NCBI GenBank assembly: GCA_031366005.1
Contig: JANLZB010000094.1
Coordinates: forward strand, 8,877-72,876
DNA length: 64,000 nt
DNA from: Bacteroidota bacterium
Lineage (GTDB): Bacteria; Bacteroidota; Bacteroidia; AKYH767-A; OLB10
Direction: 5' to 3'
Part shown: piece by piece, positions 1 through 8,781 of the stretch
Layout: the number at the start of each line of letters is the position of its first letter
How positions within the stretch are numbered: position 1 is the first letter of the stretch
Position numbers and translations under genes: made by a program
Notes under the pieces: generated by a model
The model's input: the letters and a program-made list of their open reading frames with translations, nothing else
What the model was told of the DNA's origin: nothing
Databases searched by the model: none

Positions 1-492
1 GAAGCAAAGGTGGGTATCATGCCTGGTTTTGTTATTCAACCCGGTAGAATCGGCATCGTATCCAAATCCGGCACACTCACTTACGAAGCTGCCGACCAGG
101 TGGTGAAGGCAGGTATGGGAATTTCCACAGCCATAGGTATAGGAGGTGATCCCATTATTGGCACAACAACTAAGGAAGCAGTTGAATTATTTATGAACGA
201 TCCTGACACTGATGCCATCATCATGATTGGCGAAATCGGTGGTGGATTAGAAGCAGAAGCCTCACGCTGGATAAAAGCCAACGGAAATAAAAAACCTGTT
301 GTTGGATTTATTGCCGGGCAAACCGCTCCTCCCGGCAGAAGAATGGGACACGCAGGTGCTATCGTTGGCGGGGCTGAAGACACAGCTAAGGCTAAGATGG
401 AAATAATGCGCCAGTGCGGAATTCATGTAGTTGATTCGCCCGCTTTTATTGGTACCACCATGGCGCAAGTGCTGCAAAAAGTTTCAGCTTAA
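1..492 (+). CDS. sucD: succinyl-CoA synthetase alpha subunit, 3' partial (start lies upstream of window)
   Basis: The ORF frame is open back to nt 1. The translation (…[13 protein letters not shown]…IGIGGDPI…GHAGAI…) matches the CoA-binding and ligase domains of SucD. Confidence 0.9.
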   Translation, partial: EAKVGIMPGFVIQPGRIGIVSKSGTLTYEAADQVVKAGMGISTAIGIGGDPIIGTTTKEAVELFMNDPDTDAIIMIGEIGGGLEAEASRWIKANGNKKPVVGFIAGQTAPPGRRMGHAGAIVGGAEDTAKAKMEIMRQCGIHVVDSPAFIGTTMAQVLQKVSA

Positions 493-517
493 ATAATTAT
501 TTGTTTAAATAATAATA

Positions 518-594
518 AGTTATGAATTTTGAGTTATGAGTTATGAATAAATTATCCATTGTAATTCATAACTCATAATTCAAAATTCATAACT
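518..594. repeat. AT-rich hairpin element (30-nt arms of TTATGAG repeats, 17-nt loop) preceding tRNA-Leu
   Basis: The left arm agttatgaattttgagttatgagttatgaa matches the reverse complement of the right arm ttcataactcataattcaaaattcataact with one mismatch. Confidence 0.7.
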
Positions 595-602
595 TAATAA
601 TA

Positions 603-686
603 GCCCAGGTGGCGAAATTGGTAGACGCACCACTTTGAGGGGGTGGCGCCTGAAAGGGTGTACGAGTTCGAATCTCGTTCTGGGCA
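603..686 (+). tRNA. tRNA-Leu (anticodon GAG), class II with long variable arm
   Basis: Folded by hand: acceptor GCCCAGG/TCTGGGC, D-arm GCGAAATTGGTAGACGC, anticodon stem CCACT/GGTGG with loop TTGAGGG, T-arm GAGTTCGAATCTC. Length is about 84 nt. Confidence 0.8.
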
Positions 687-696
687 CTTTCTAAAA

Positions 697-770
697 GAGT
701 TATGAATTTTGAATTATGAGTTATGAGTTAATCTATAAATTCATAACTCAAAACTCATAAGTCAAAATTA
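697..770. repeat. second AT-rich hairpin element of the TTATGAG family, between the two tRNAs
   Basis: Imperfect inverted repeat agttatgaattttgaattatgagttatgag … aattcataactcaaaactcataa. Confidence 0.6.
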
Positions 771-777
771 AAAAAAT

Positions 778-861
778 GCCCGGATGGCGAAATTGGTAAA
801 CGTTGCGGTCTCAGAAGCCGTTGGAGTAACTTCCTTGAGAGTTCGAGTCTCTCTTCGGGCA
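778..861 (+). tRNA. tRNA-Leu (anticodon CAG), class II
   Basis: Acceptor GCCCGGA/TCTTCGGGC, anticodon stem GCGGT/GCCGT with loop CTCAGAA, T-arm GAGTTCGAGTCTC. Length is 84 nt. Confidence 0.75.
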
Positions 862-948
862 CATCTCATTCAATTTTTTTATGATTAAATCAAACTTTTT
901 CCTGACCTTTGAATAAATTAATTTTTACAGATAATAAGCTTTTTCTCT

Positions 949-2025
949 TTGTACGCAATTCTTGATATTGAAACCACAGGTGGTAATGCTTTTACAGATA
1001 AGATTACGGAAATTGCCATTTACCTTCACGATGGTGAAGAAATAACAGGCTCATTCGCCAGCCTTATCAATCCCGAAAGAAGCATCCCTGTTTTTGTTAG
1101 CCGCCTCACTGGTATTACTGACGAAATGGTTTCTACCGCCCCTCGCTTTCACGAAGTCGCTAAACAGATTGTAGAACTCACCGATGGAAAAATAATCGTG
1201 GCGCACAATGCCCCAAACGATTATTCATTCATCCGGGCTGAATTCCGTAACCTTGGTTATGATTACAGTCGCGATTCTATCTGTACCCATATCTTAAGCA
1301 GAAAAATTTTGCCCGGTCAAACTTCCTATAGTCTTGGTAAGCTCTGCAAATCATTAAACATTGATATAAAATCAAGACATCGGGCAGGTGATGATGCATT
1401 CGCCACTGTGAAGCTCTTTGAAATGATTTTAAAAAATGGTGAGCTGTCTGTTATAAAAGAGCATGTAAAAATCCAGGAACAGGAAGTTCAATTACCTGCA
1501 TGCCTTCGTCCTGAAGTGCTTGCTGCATTACCTACTCAGCCGGGGATTTTTTATTTGTATAATAAAAACAGTGAGTTACTATTTATCCATAAAGCATACA
1601 ATCTCCGCAAAGGAGTGCTTGATTTTGTAATTAAAACAAGAGGTAATAAAGGTCAACGCATCAGGCAGGAATTATTTGACATAAAGCATGAGCCTTGTGG
1701 CAACGATATCATTGCAGCCATTCGCGAAGACGAAGAAATAAAATTATTAAAGCCACTTTATAACCGTATACATCCGCGACAGGTAAGGGTGAAAGTTTTA
1801 CCCGGAATTAACTCATCACTCTTTGTTTGCAAAGGCAGGAGGGATGATGAACAAGGTTTACTTTTAATTGAACAAGGCAGATTATGCGGCTATGGTTTTT
1901 GTAGTGGTGATTCGCAGGAAAACTGGAAAGAATGTATTAAACCAATCAGGAATGGTTCGCATTATCATGCGATGATTTTGCGAATGATAAAACAGCGCAG
2001 GTTTGATAAAATGATTTCGTTATAG
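949..2025 (+). CDS. DnaQ-like 3'-5' exonuclease (DEDDh) fused to a C-terminal GIY-YIG nuclease domain
   Basis: The Exo I motif ILDIETTGG is at the N-terminus, and HNAPNDYSF…H…D follow. The C-terminus carries GIFYLYNKNSELLFIHKAYNLRKGV, a GIY-YIG signature. The start is a TTG with no in-frame ATG upstream. Confidence 0.7.
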   Translation: MYAILDIETTGGNAFTDKITEIAIYLHDGEEITGSFASLINPERSIPVFVSRLTGITDEMVSTAPRFHEVAKQIVELTDGKIIVAHNAPNDYSFIRAEFRNLGYDYSRDSICTHILSRKILPGQTSYSLGKLCKSLNIDIKSRHRAGDDAFATVKLFEMILKNGELSVIKEHVKIQEQEVQLPACLRPEVLAALPTQPGIFYLYNKNSELLFIHKAYNLRKGVLDFVIKTRGNKGQRIRQELFDIKHEPCGNDIIAAIREDEEIKLLKPLYNRIHPRQVRVKVLPGINSSLFVCKGRRDDEQGLLLIEQGRLCGYGFCSGDSQENWKECIKPIRNGSHYHAMILRMIKQRRFDKMISL

Positions 2026-2031
2026 CGAACT

Positions 2032-2065
2032 AAACTTTGCCAAAGTTTTAGAACTTTGGCAAAGT
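2032..2065. terminator. palindrome aactttgccaaagtt-ttag-aactttggcaaagtt after the exonuclease gene (terminator-like; no T-run)
   Basis: Perfect 15-bp inverted repeat. The same core recurs at 49746-49812. Confidence 0.5.
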
Positions 2066-2075
2066 TGTAACCTCC

Positions 2076-2999
2076 ATGAAATCGCAAACCGCTTCTTCTT
2101 TTCTGTTGATTAGGCCTGCATCATTTTCATATAACCTGCAAACTGCTTCCACCAATGTTTTTCAGCAGGCAGCTATAGGAACCACTGAAGAAATTACCAC
2201 CAAAGCTGTTGAGGAGTTTGATCACATGTTGCATCGCCTGCAAAAGCTCGGATTAAACATTCGTGTCTTTGAACAAACCGATAGCGAAACACCCGATGCC
2301 GTATTTCCAAACAACTGGATTTCTTTTCATGATGATGGAAAAGTAATTCTCTATCCAATGAGTACTGAAAACAGGCGGAGGGAAAGAAGGCACGACATTA
2401 TTGAAACATTAAAAGAACAATACCTCATCAATGAAATAATTGACTTTACCCATTTCGAAAAGCAGGAGAAATACCTCGAAGGAACAGGAAGCATTGTCTT
2501 TGATCACATCAACCGGTTTGCCTTTGCCTCTGTTTCTGAACGAACCAATATTGATATCCTTAAAAAAGTTTGCGAAGAGTTAAATTATAAACCATTCACC
2601 TTTACTGCTATTGGTAATAACCTTCCTGTTTACCATACCAATGTTATGCTGCATATTGGAGAAGGGTATGCTGTGCTTTGCGCAGAAAGTATTACTGATA
2701 TTAAAGAGCGTAAAGACCTGGAGCGCATACTTGCCTTCACCGGTCATGAATTAATTCTTATTTCAGTTGCCCAAATGCACAGCTTTGCAGGCAATATGTT
2801 GCAGGTAAAAAACATTGCAGGTAATAAATATACCATCCTGTCAACAGCTGCCATCCGCAGTTTGCACTATTCTCAAATAGATGCAATAACTAAACACAGC
2901 GAGCTTATTTCCTTGGATATACCCACTATTGAAAAAATAGGAGGAGGCAGCACACGTTGTATGATAGCTGAAATATTTTGTCGCGTGAAAGAAAACTAA
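2076..2999 (+). CDS. amidinotransferase/DDAH-superfamily protein (CtlX-like citrulline utilisation hydrolase)
   Basis: The C-terminal GGGSTRCM catalytic Cys motif is typical of guanidino-group-modifying enzymes. The N-terminal LLIRP…SFxxN motif is also present. Confidence 0.55.
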   Translation: MKSQTASSFLLIRPASFSYNLQTASTNVFQQAAIGTTEEITTKAVEEFDHMLHRLQKLGLNIRVFEQTDSETPDAVFPNNWISFHDDGKVILYPMSTENRRRERRHDIIETLKEQYLINEIIDFTHFEKQEKYLEGTGSIVFDHINRFAFASVSERTNIDILKKVCEELNYKPFTFTAIGNNLPVYHTNVMLHIGEGYAVLCAESITDIKERKDLERILAFTGHELILISVAQMHSFAGNMLQVKNIAGNKYTILSTAAIRSLHYSQIDAITKHSELISLDIPTIEKIGGGSTRCMIAEIFCRVKEN

Positions 3000-3005
3000 T
3001 TCAAC

Positions 3006-3464
3006 ATGCAATCACTACAACTACCCGATGGCTTTAAACTAATCGAGCCAAAAACTCCTCCCGAACTGGATAAATACTACCAGCTTCGGTGGGAAGTATT
3101 GCGCAGAGACTGGAATCGCCCTAAGGGAAGTGAAAAAGATGAAGGAGAAGAAGCCGCTGCACATGCCATGATTGTGAACGAAAATGACGAAGCAATCGCA
3201 GTCTGCCGTCTTCAGTTTATAGATAAAACAACCGGCCAGATTCGTTCCATGGGAGTTAAAGAAGAATATCGCACCAAAGGATTTGGAGCTGTTATAATCA
3301 ACTACTTAGAAGAAACAGCTAAAGCAAAGGGTTTAAACAAAATCTTTCTCGATGCACGCGAAAATGCAATTGCTTTTTATCAGAAAATGGGTTATCAAAC
3401 CACAGAAAAATCCTACCTCTTATTTGGAACAATACAGCATTACCGCATGGAAAAGATGATTTAA
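3006..3464 (+). CDS. GNAT family N-acetyltransferase
   Basis: Acetyl-CoA binding motif RSMGVKEEYRTKGFGAVII. Length is 152 aa. Confidence 0.7.
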   Translation: MQSLQLPDGFKLIEPKTPPELDKYYQLRWEVLRRDWNRPKGSEKDEGEEAAAHAMIVNENDEAIAVCRLQFIDKTTGQIRSMGVKEEYRTKGFGAVIINYLEETAKAKGLNKIFLDARENAIAFYQKMGYQTTEKSYLLFGTIQHYRMEKMI

Positions 3465-3626
3465 TAAATTCCTGAAATTGTAATATTCTCAGTCTGCTTC
3501 CCTCTCGCGAAAAAATTTCTTCCGCCTTCCTTCTCCATTAATAATTGAATAACTCAGGAATTTTATAATTAATAATTTTACCGGAGTCTACTTCCCTCTC
3601 CTTTGGAGAGGGATAAGAGGTTGAGG

Positions 3627-5186
3627 TTAATTTTCATCCTCTGCATTCTCATCAACATTCAGCGCAAGCTGATAATTCCTCACCAGGCTCGACTTCAGTT
3701 TACGGTTATACTCTTCCTGAAGCCAGTTTACATAACTCTCTGATGTCTTGCTTAAACAGCGTGTGTAAACCCGCACCCGGTAATCAATTTCATCCTGTAA
3801 CTGGTTTGCAAGACTCATTGCTTCATTCAGGTCAGCGCTATTTTCCATGCAGATTTGCAGGTGTTGTTCTATTGATCGTTCAATCACCACCATGGGCCGT
3901 TCGCGTTTGCTCAGGGCTTGCTTATGTTCTTCCTTCACATCAAAATCAATAATAGATGATTTGCCGAACTTATTGCGCAGCTCCTCGGGCATCACATACT
4001 TATAACGGTATTCAATTTCTTCGTCACTCCATATCCCGGCAAGGTGAAGCTCGGGTGACCTGAATATACTTGCCCAATCCACGTCTGCCTCCCACAACCC
4101 GAAACGGCTCAGGTTATTCCCCAGGTCAATAACAGTAAATTCCTGCTTGCCTGGCAGCACACGTGAGCCCCTGCCTATCATCTGGAAATATAGCGTAAGT
4201 GATTTCGTTGCGCGGTTAAGTATAATGCTCTCCACCGTTGGCTCATCAAAACCTGTGGTGAGTATGCTCACCGAAGTCAATATAGCATCCGGCTTATCTC
4301 TGAACCATTGAAGCACCTCTCTTCGTTCCCTCGCAGTATGCGTATTGTCAAGATGCCTTATTTCATAACCCGCCTGCGTAAAGGTGGCTTCCACATGCTT
4401 GGATGTCTCTATACCGTTGTTAAAAATCAAAGTCTTCTTACCCACGCTCCGTTCCTGATAAGCACTCAGCAGCTTATCCTGCATGGTGTGCTGGTTATAC
4501 AGCCGTTCAGAAGAACTCACAGTATAATCACCGTTTCTGCCCACCTTCAGTGTTGTTAATCCCACATGGTGGCTATAAGTAATGGCACGCGCTAAAAAAC
4601 CCATTTCAATCAGCGAAGCAATACTCTCACCCACAATAAGGTCATCATAAGTATCCTTCATGGGCAGGTTAATGTTAGAGCTTAAAGGCGTTGCAGTTAC
4701 CCCCAGCAGCACACCCTTCTCATAAAACTTAAATAACTTCCCGAAAGAATTATAATGCGCCTCATCCACAATCATCAATCCTACATTATCCAGGTTCAGA
4801 ATCTTATCACGCAGCCGGTTGTTCAGTGTTTCCACCATCGCAACATAACACATAAAATCATTCGGAACCGGCATCTCCTTCACATCCCTGTCAATCACTT
4901 TATTCCTCACACCGAACTCATTCAGCATCTGCGATGTTTGCGCACATAGCTCCACACGGTGCGTAAGTATCATCACCTTCTTGCCCGTTGACTGGATAAA
5001 ACGCTTTGCTATCTCTGAAAAAATAACTGTTTTACCTCCGCCCGTAGGCAACTGGTAAAGCAGGTTATAACGTGTTGGATGATCCTTTAGCCGGTTAAAT
5101 ATCTCCTCAATAGCATCATGCTGGTAAGCATAAAGCTGTTTGCCAATAGTTTGATCGGGTGATGATGAATAATCGGGATCGTACAA
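3627..5186 (-). CDS. DEAD/DEAH-box (SF2, ResIII-type) helicase family protein
   Basis: Walker A LPTGGGKT, DEAH-box MIVDEAHY, and helicase C motifs QMIGRGSR. TTG start. Confidence 0.75.
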   Translation of the reverse strand: MYDPDYSSSPDQTIGKQLYAYQHDAIEEIFNRLKDHPTRYNLLYQLPTGGGKTVIFSEIAKRFIQSTGKKVMILTHRVELCAQTSQMLNEFGVRNKVIDRDVKEMPVPNDFMCYVAMVETLNNRLRDKILNLDNVGLMIVDEAHYNSFGKLFKFYEKGVLLGVTATPLSSNINLPMKDTYDDLIVGESIASLIEMGFLARAITYSHHVGLTTLKVGRNGDYTVSSSERLYNQHTMQDKLLSAYQERSVGKKTLIFNNGIETSKHVEATFTQAGYEIRHLDNTHTARERREVLQWFRDKPDAILTSVSILTTGFDEPTVESIILNRATKSLTLYFQMIGRGSRVLPGKQEFTVIDLGNNLSRFGLWEADVDWASIFRSPELHLAGIWSDEEIEYRYKYVMPEELRNKFGKSSIIDFDVKEEHKQALSKRERPMVVIERSIEQHLQICMENSADLNEAMSLANQLQDEIDYRVRVYTRCLSKTSESYVNWLQEEYNRKLKSSLVRNYQLALNVDENAEDEN

Positions 5187-5463
5187 GCTTTTATCTTTTT
5201 ACAAAAAGGGATGCAAATATACGAGGGAATAAGGGTTGTGAGGTATTTAGCACGCTGTCCCGATGGTATGCATTTGTTTCAGCGTTTGGAATCCCTTCAG
5301 GTCGCGAAGAACCTGTTGGTGTGACTTAAATAATATTAAGATTTAATTTTCCTAGCGATAGTTCTTATGCAGTTGCTGTTGCACTAATTCATTAATCCTC
5401 CTGCAATGCTTCTTACTTTAAATCCCCCTTCAATAAAACAATGAAAAAGTTTTAACACAATTA

Positions 5464-6555
5464 TTAAACTGCTTCTGTTTCCACATTTGCTTTAAAAGCA
5501 TTGCGTATAGCCACCTGTTGTGCAACATTACCCGCCACAGCTAAAAAAGCAATAGCTTCAGCAGAGTCTTCATTAGTGACTATTGGGATGCCGCTATCGC
5601 CACCTTCGCATATACTTTGCACCAATGGTATCTGACCTAAGAAGGGTAGGTGAAGTTCTTCAGCCAGGTTTTTACCGCCATCCTTACCAAAAATATAATA
5701 CTTATTGGATGGCAGCTCAGCAGGGGTAAAGTACGCCATGTTTTCAATAATACCGAGCACCTTCACCTTAATAGTATCCATACCAAACATGGCAATGCCT
5801 TTGCGCGCATCAGCCAATGCCACATTTTGAGGAGTGGTAACAATTACAGCACCCGTTAGCGGCACTGCAGCCACCAATGTTAAATGAATATCGCTGGTGC
5901 CGGGTGGCAGATCAATGAATAAATAATCCAGTTCGCCCCAGTCAGCATCAGTAAAAAGCTGTCGTAATGCTTTTGATGCCATCGGTCCTCTCCACACCAC
6001 CGCCTGTGCAGGATCCACGAGGAAACCGATCGAGAGCAGTTTCACACCGTGCTTTTCTATCGGAACCATCAGTTGTCTTCCATCTTTTTCAATGGCAAAC
6101 ATGCGGTCGTTTTCAGCACCAAACATTATAGGCTGCGATGGCCCGAATATATCGGCATCCACTAACCCAACCTTTGCCCCGGTTCTCGCCATCGCCACCG
6201 CAAGATTAGCAGCTACAGTAGATTTACCCACACCGCCTTTACCTGATGCAATGGCAATAATATTTTTAACACCGGGCAGCAAACTCTTTTCACCACCCCG
6301 CTGCGATGTAACATTTGAACTCATATTAACAGTTACCCTTGCCTTCGCATCCACATAATAAGTTATGGCATTGATGCAGGCATTGCGGATCAGCTCCTTT
6401 AAAGGACACGCAGGTGTAGTTAGCATCACAGTAAAGCTTACGTCATTACCGTTTACTTCCACATCGCGTATCATATTTAAAGTAACCAGGTCTTTTTTAA
6501 GATCCGGTTCCTCCACATTTCTTAAAGCATCAATAACTTGTTCTTTGGTAATCAT
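5464..6555 (-). CDS. apbC: Mrp/NBP35 family iron-sulfur cluster carrier ATPase
   Basis: N-terminal DUF59-like domain followed by the deviant Walker A motif SGKGGVGKST. Confidence 0.85.
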   Translation of the reverse strand: MITKEQVIDALRNVEEPDLKKDLVTLNMIRDVEVNGNDVSFTVMLTTPACPLKELIRNACINAITYYVDAKARVTVNMSSNVTSQRGGEKSLLPGVKNIIAIASGKGGVGKSTVAANLAVAMARTGAKVGLVDADIFGPSQPIMFGAENDRMFAIEKDGRQLMVPIEKHGVKLLSIGFLVDPAQAVVWRGPMASKALRQLFTDADWGELDYLFIDLPPGTSDIHLTLVAAVPLTGAVIVTTPQNVALADARKGIAMFGMDTIKVKVLGIIENMAYFTPAELPSNKYYIFGKDGGKNLAEELHLPFLGQIPLVQSICEGGDSGIPIVTNEDSAEAIAFLAVAGNVAQQVAIRNAFKANVETEAV

Positions 6556-6581
6556 GGTGCAAAGTTAGAATATAGTTGATA

Positions 6582-6671
6582 GTGGAGAGTTGACAGTTGA
6601 AAGTAAGAACTTGATGTCAACTTTCCACTCTCCACTGTCAACTCTTCACTGTCAACTGTTAACTCTCCACT
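6582..6671. repeat. inverted-repeat element with arms of CCACTGTCAACT-like repeats, in the apbC / 6703-gene divergent promoter region
   Basis: agtggagagttgacagttga pairs with tccactgtcaactcttcactgtcaactgttaactctccact. Confidence 0.6.
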
Positions 6672-6702
6672 TTGCAAACTGTAAACTACTTTTGCCATCC
6701 GT

Positions 6703-7905
6703 ATGAAAATAGGAATACTGAGAGAAGAAAAAATACCGCACGATAAGCGCGTGCCTTTTACCCCTGAACAATGCAAGCACATGATGGATACTTACCAAGG
6801 CCTTGAGATTGTGGTGCAGCCATCTGATTATCGTTCTTATTCAAATGAGGAATACAAAGCCCAGGGAATTAAACTCTCAGAAGACCTTAGTGATTGTGAT
6901 GTGCTGATGGGTATAAAGGAAGTGCCTAAGGAATATTTAATAGAGGGAAAAAAGTACCTGTTCTTTTCGCACACCATTAAAAAGCAAGTTCACAATAAAA
7001 CCCTGTTGCAGCAAGCCCTGAAAAAAAAGATAACACTTATAGATTATGAATGTCTGACTGATCCTCAGGGCAACCGTGTTATTGGTTTTGGAAGATATGC
7101 TGGTATTGTGGGCGCATATAACGGGATGATGGCATATGGTATGAAATACGGATTATTTAAATTAAAGCCGGCACAATTAAGTCATGATAAAAAAGAATTG
7201 TTTGATGCGCTGGATAATATCAACCTGCCCAATATTAAAATAATTATTACCGGTGGAGGTAGAGTTGCCAATGGCGCCATTGAAACGATGGGTGCATTGC
7301 ACATCCGTAAGGTTACTCCTTATGAGCTTTTGAATTATTCATTTCGCGAGGCAGTGTATGCACAGCTTCATTCGCATGATTATTATGAGCTGAAAGATAA
7401 ATCACCCTGGAGCCAGTATGAGTTTTATCACCATCCCGAAGAAGTGAAGTCAGTTTTTGCTGAGCGAGGTTCTTATTCACAGGTATGTGACCTGCTCATA
7501 CATTGCACTTACTGGGATCCGCGTTCAGCTGTATTATTTACAAAAGCAGAAATGCGTGATCCAGGATTTCATATTAGTGTGATTGCAGATGTTACCTGTG
7601 ACATTAACGGAAGTATTCCTTCCACCACCCGAACTACCAACATTGAAGAAAAGTTTTATGGGTATAATCCAATGACGGAAGCGATAGAAGAACCTTTTGC
7701 ACCCGGATGCATTACAGTGATGGCAATAGATAATTTACCATGTGAGTTGCCACGCGATGCATCAGAAGGTTTTGGCAAGCATTTATATGAAAGAGTGTTG
7801 CCTGCTTTGATGGAAAAAGACAGTGATTTAATTGAAAGAGCAACGATTGTTAAAGATGGTAAGCTCACCGAAAAATTTCAGTATCTGAAGGATTATGTGG
7901 AGTAA
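6703..7905 (+). CDS. saccharopine dehydrogenase (L-lysine-forming, LYS1-like) of the AlaDH/PNT family
   Basis: Aligned by eye to yeast Lys1: ECLTDPQGNRVIGFGRYAGIVGA versus [23 protein letters not shown], and MAIDNLPCELPRDASEGF versus ISIDHLPSLLPREASEFF. Confidence 0.65.
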   Translation: MKIGILREEKIPHDKRVPFTPEQCKHMMDTYQGLEIVVQPSDYRSYSNEEYKAQGIKLSEDLSDCDVLMGIKEVPKEYLIEGKKYLFFSHTIKKQVHNKTLLQQALKKKITLIDYECLTDPQGNRVIGFGRYAGIVGAYNGMMAYGMKYGLFKLKPAQLSHDKKELFDALDNINLPNIKIIITGGGRVANGAIETMGALHIRKVTPYELLNYSFREAVYAQLHSHDYYELKDKSPWSQYEFYHHPEEVKSVFAERGSYSQVCDLLIHCTYWDPRSAVLFTKAEMRDPGFHISVIADVTCDINGSIPSTTRTTNIEEKFYGYNPMTEAIEEPFAPGCITVMAIDNLPCELPRDASEGFGKHLYERVLPALMEKDSDLIERATIVKDGKLTEKFQYLKDYVE

Positions 7906-7913
7906 TATTTACA

Positions 7914-7976
7914 TCAACGAATTACGAATATATACGAATGTGCGAATTTGTAGATTCGGAATTCGTATTCGTAGAT
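7914..7976. repeat. ACGAAT/ATTCG hexamer-armed palindromic element (copy A) between convergent genes
   Basis: Four direct (a)cgaat repeats followed by three inverted attcg repeats. It is related to the element at 20774-20848. Confidence 0.65.
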
Positions 7977-7980
7977 TTTT

Positions 7981-8649
7981 TTAAATCTTTACTGCATCAT
8001 TAGCCGCTTTTAATTCCGCAATTGCATTGGAAGGATCAGGAGATGAAAAAACCGTGTTACCGGCAACCAGCACATCAGCACCAGCAGTAATTAATTCTCT
8101 TGCGTTATTAAAATCAACACCACCATCAATTTCAATTTTTGCTCCTGATTGTTTTTGTTGAATCAATTGTTTTAATTCTGCAATCTTGCTAAAAGTATTT
8201 TTAATAAACCGCTGTCCGCCAAAGCCTGGATTAACTGACATCATGCATACTAAATCAATATTTGCAATCACTTCTGAAAGCAATGCAACAGGAGTGTGAG
8301 GATTGATGGCAACTCCTGCTAATATTCCTAACTGACGCATTGTTTGAATAGTGCGGTGCAGATGTGTGCAAGCTTCATAATGAACTGAAATAATTGTAGC
8401 ACCCGCATCAGCGAAAGCAGCTAAGTATTTATCGGATTCTACAATCATTAAATGAACGTCAAGCGGTTTGCGTGAATGTTTTTTAATGGCTTTTATAACC
8501 GGTAAACCAAATGAGATATTGGGAACAAAAACGCCATCCATCACATCAACATGAAACCAATCAGCTTTACTTTCATTAATCATTTTAATATCAAGCTGCA
8601 GGTTGGCAAAATCAGCTGACAATATGGAGGGTGCAATTATTACAGACAT
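7981..8649 (-). CDS. rpe: ribulose-phosphate 3-epimerase
   Basis: Canonical Rpe motifs PSILSADF and HVDVMDG. Length is 222 aa. Confidence 0.9.
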   Translation of the reverse strand: MSVIIAPSILSADFANLQLDIKMINESKADWFHVDVMDGVFVPNISFGLPVIKAIKKHSRKPLDVHLMIVESDKYLAAFADAGATIISVHYEACTHLHRTIQTMRQLGILAGVAINPHTPVALLSEVIANIDLVCMMSVNPGFGGQRFIKNTFSKIAELKQLIQQKQSGAKIEIDGGVDFNNARELITAGADVLVAGNTVFSSPDPSNAIAELKAANDAVKI

Positions 8650-8781
8650 ACTATAATGATTTGATGATTTGTTAATTTGATGATTTGATAATAACCTTTG
8701 GAAGTTTTGATATCACAAAGATATAAGGTGAAGGTTTACCGTTATCTTATCAGATTAAATGGAAAAGTATTTAATGCACAG

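Noticed and set aside
81-477. Minus-strand ORFs inside sucD, and similar antisense ORFs inside wzc, the helicase, POT and the histidine-kinase genes
   Set aside because: They lie antisense to strongly supported genes and have no independent signals.
3464-3627. cttccctctc repeats and a ccctctcc…ggagaggg hairpin downstream of the helicase and GNAT genes
   Set aside because: It is plausibly a bidirectional terminator. The stem is only 8 bp and there is no flanking T-run, so it is too weak to call.
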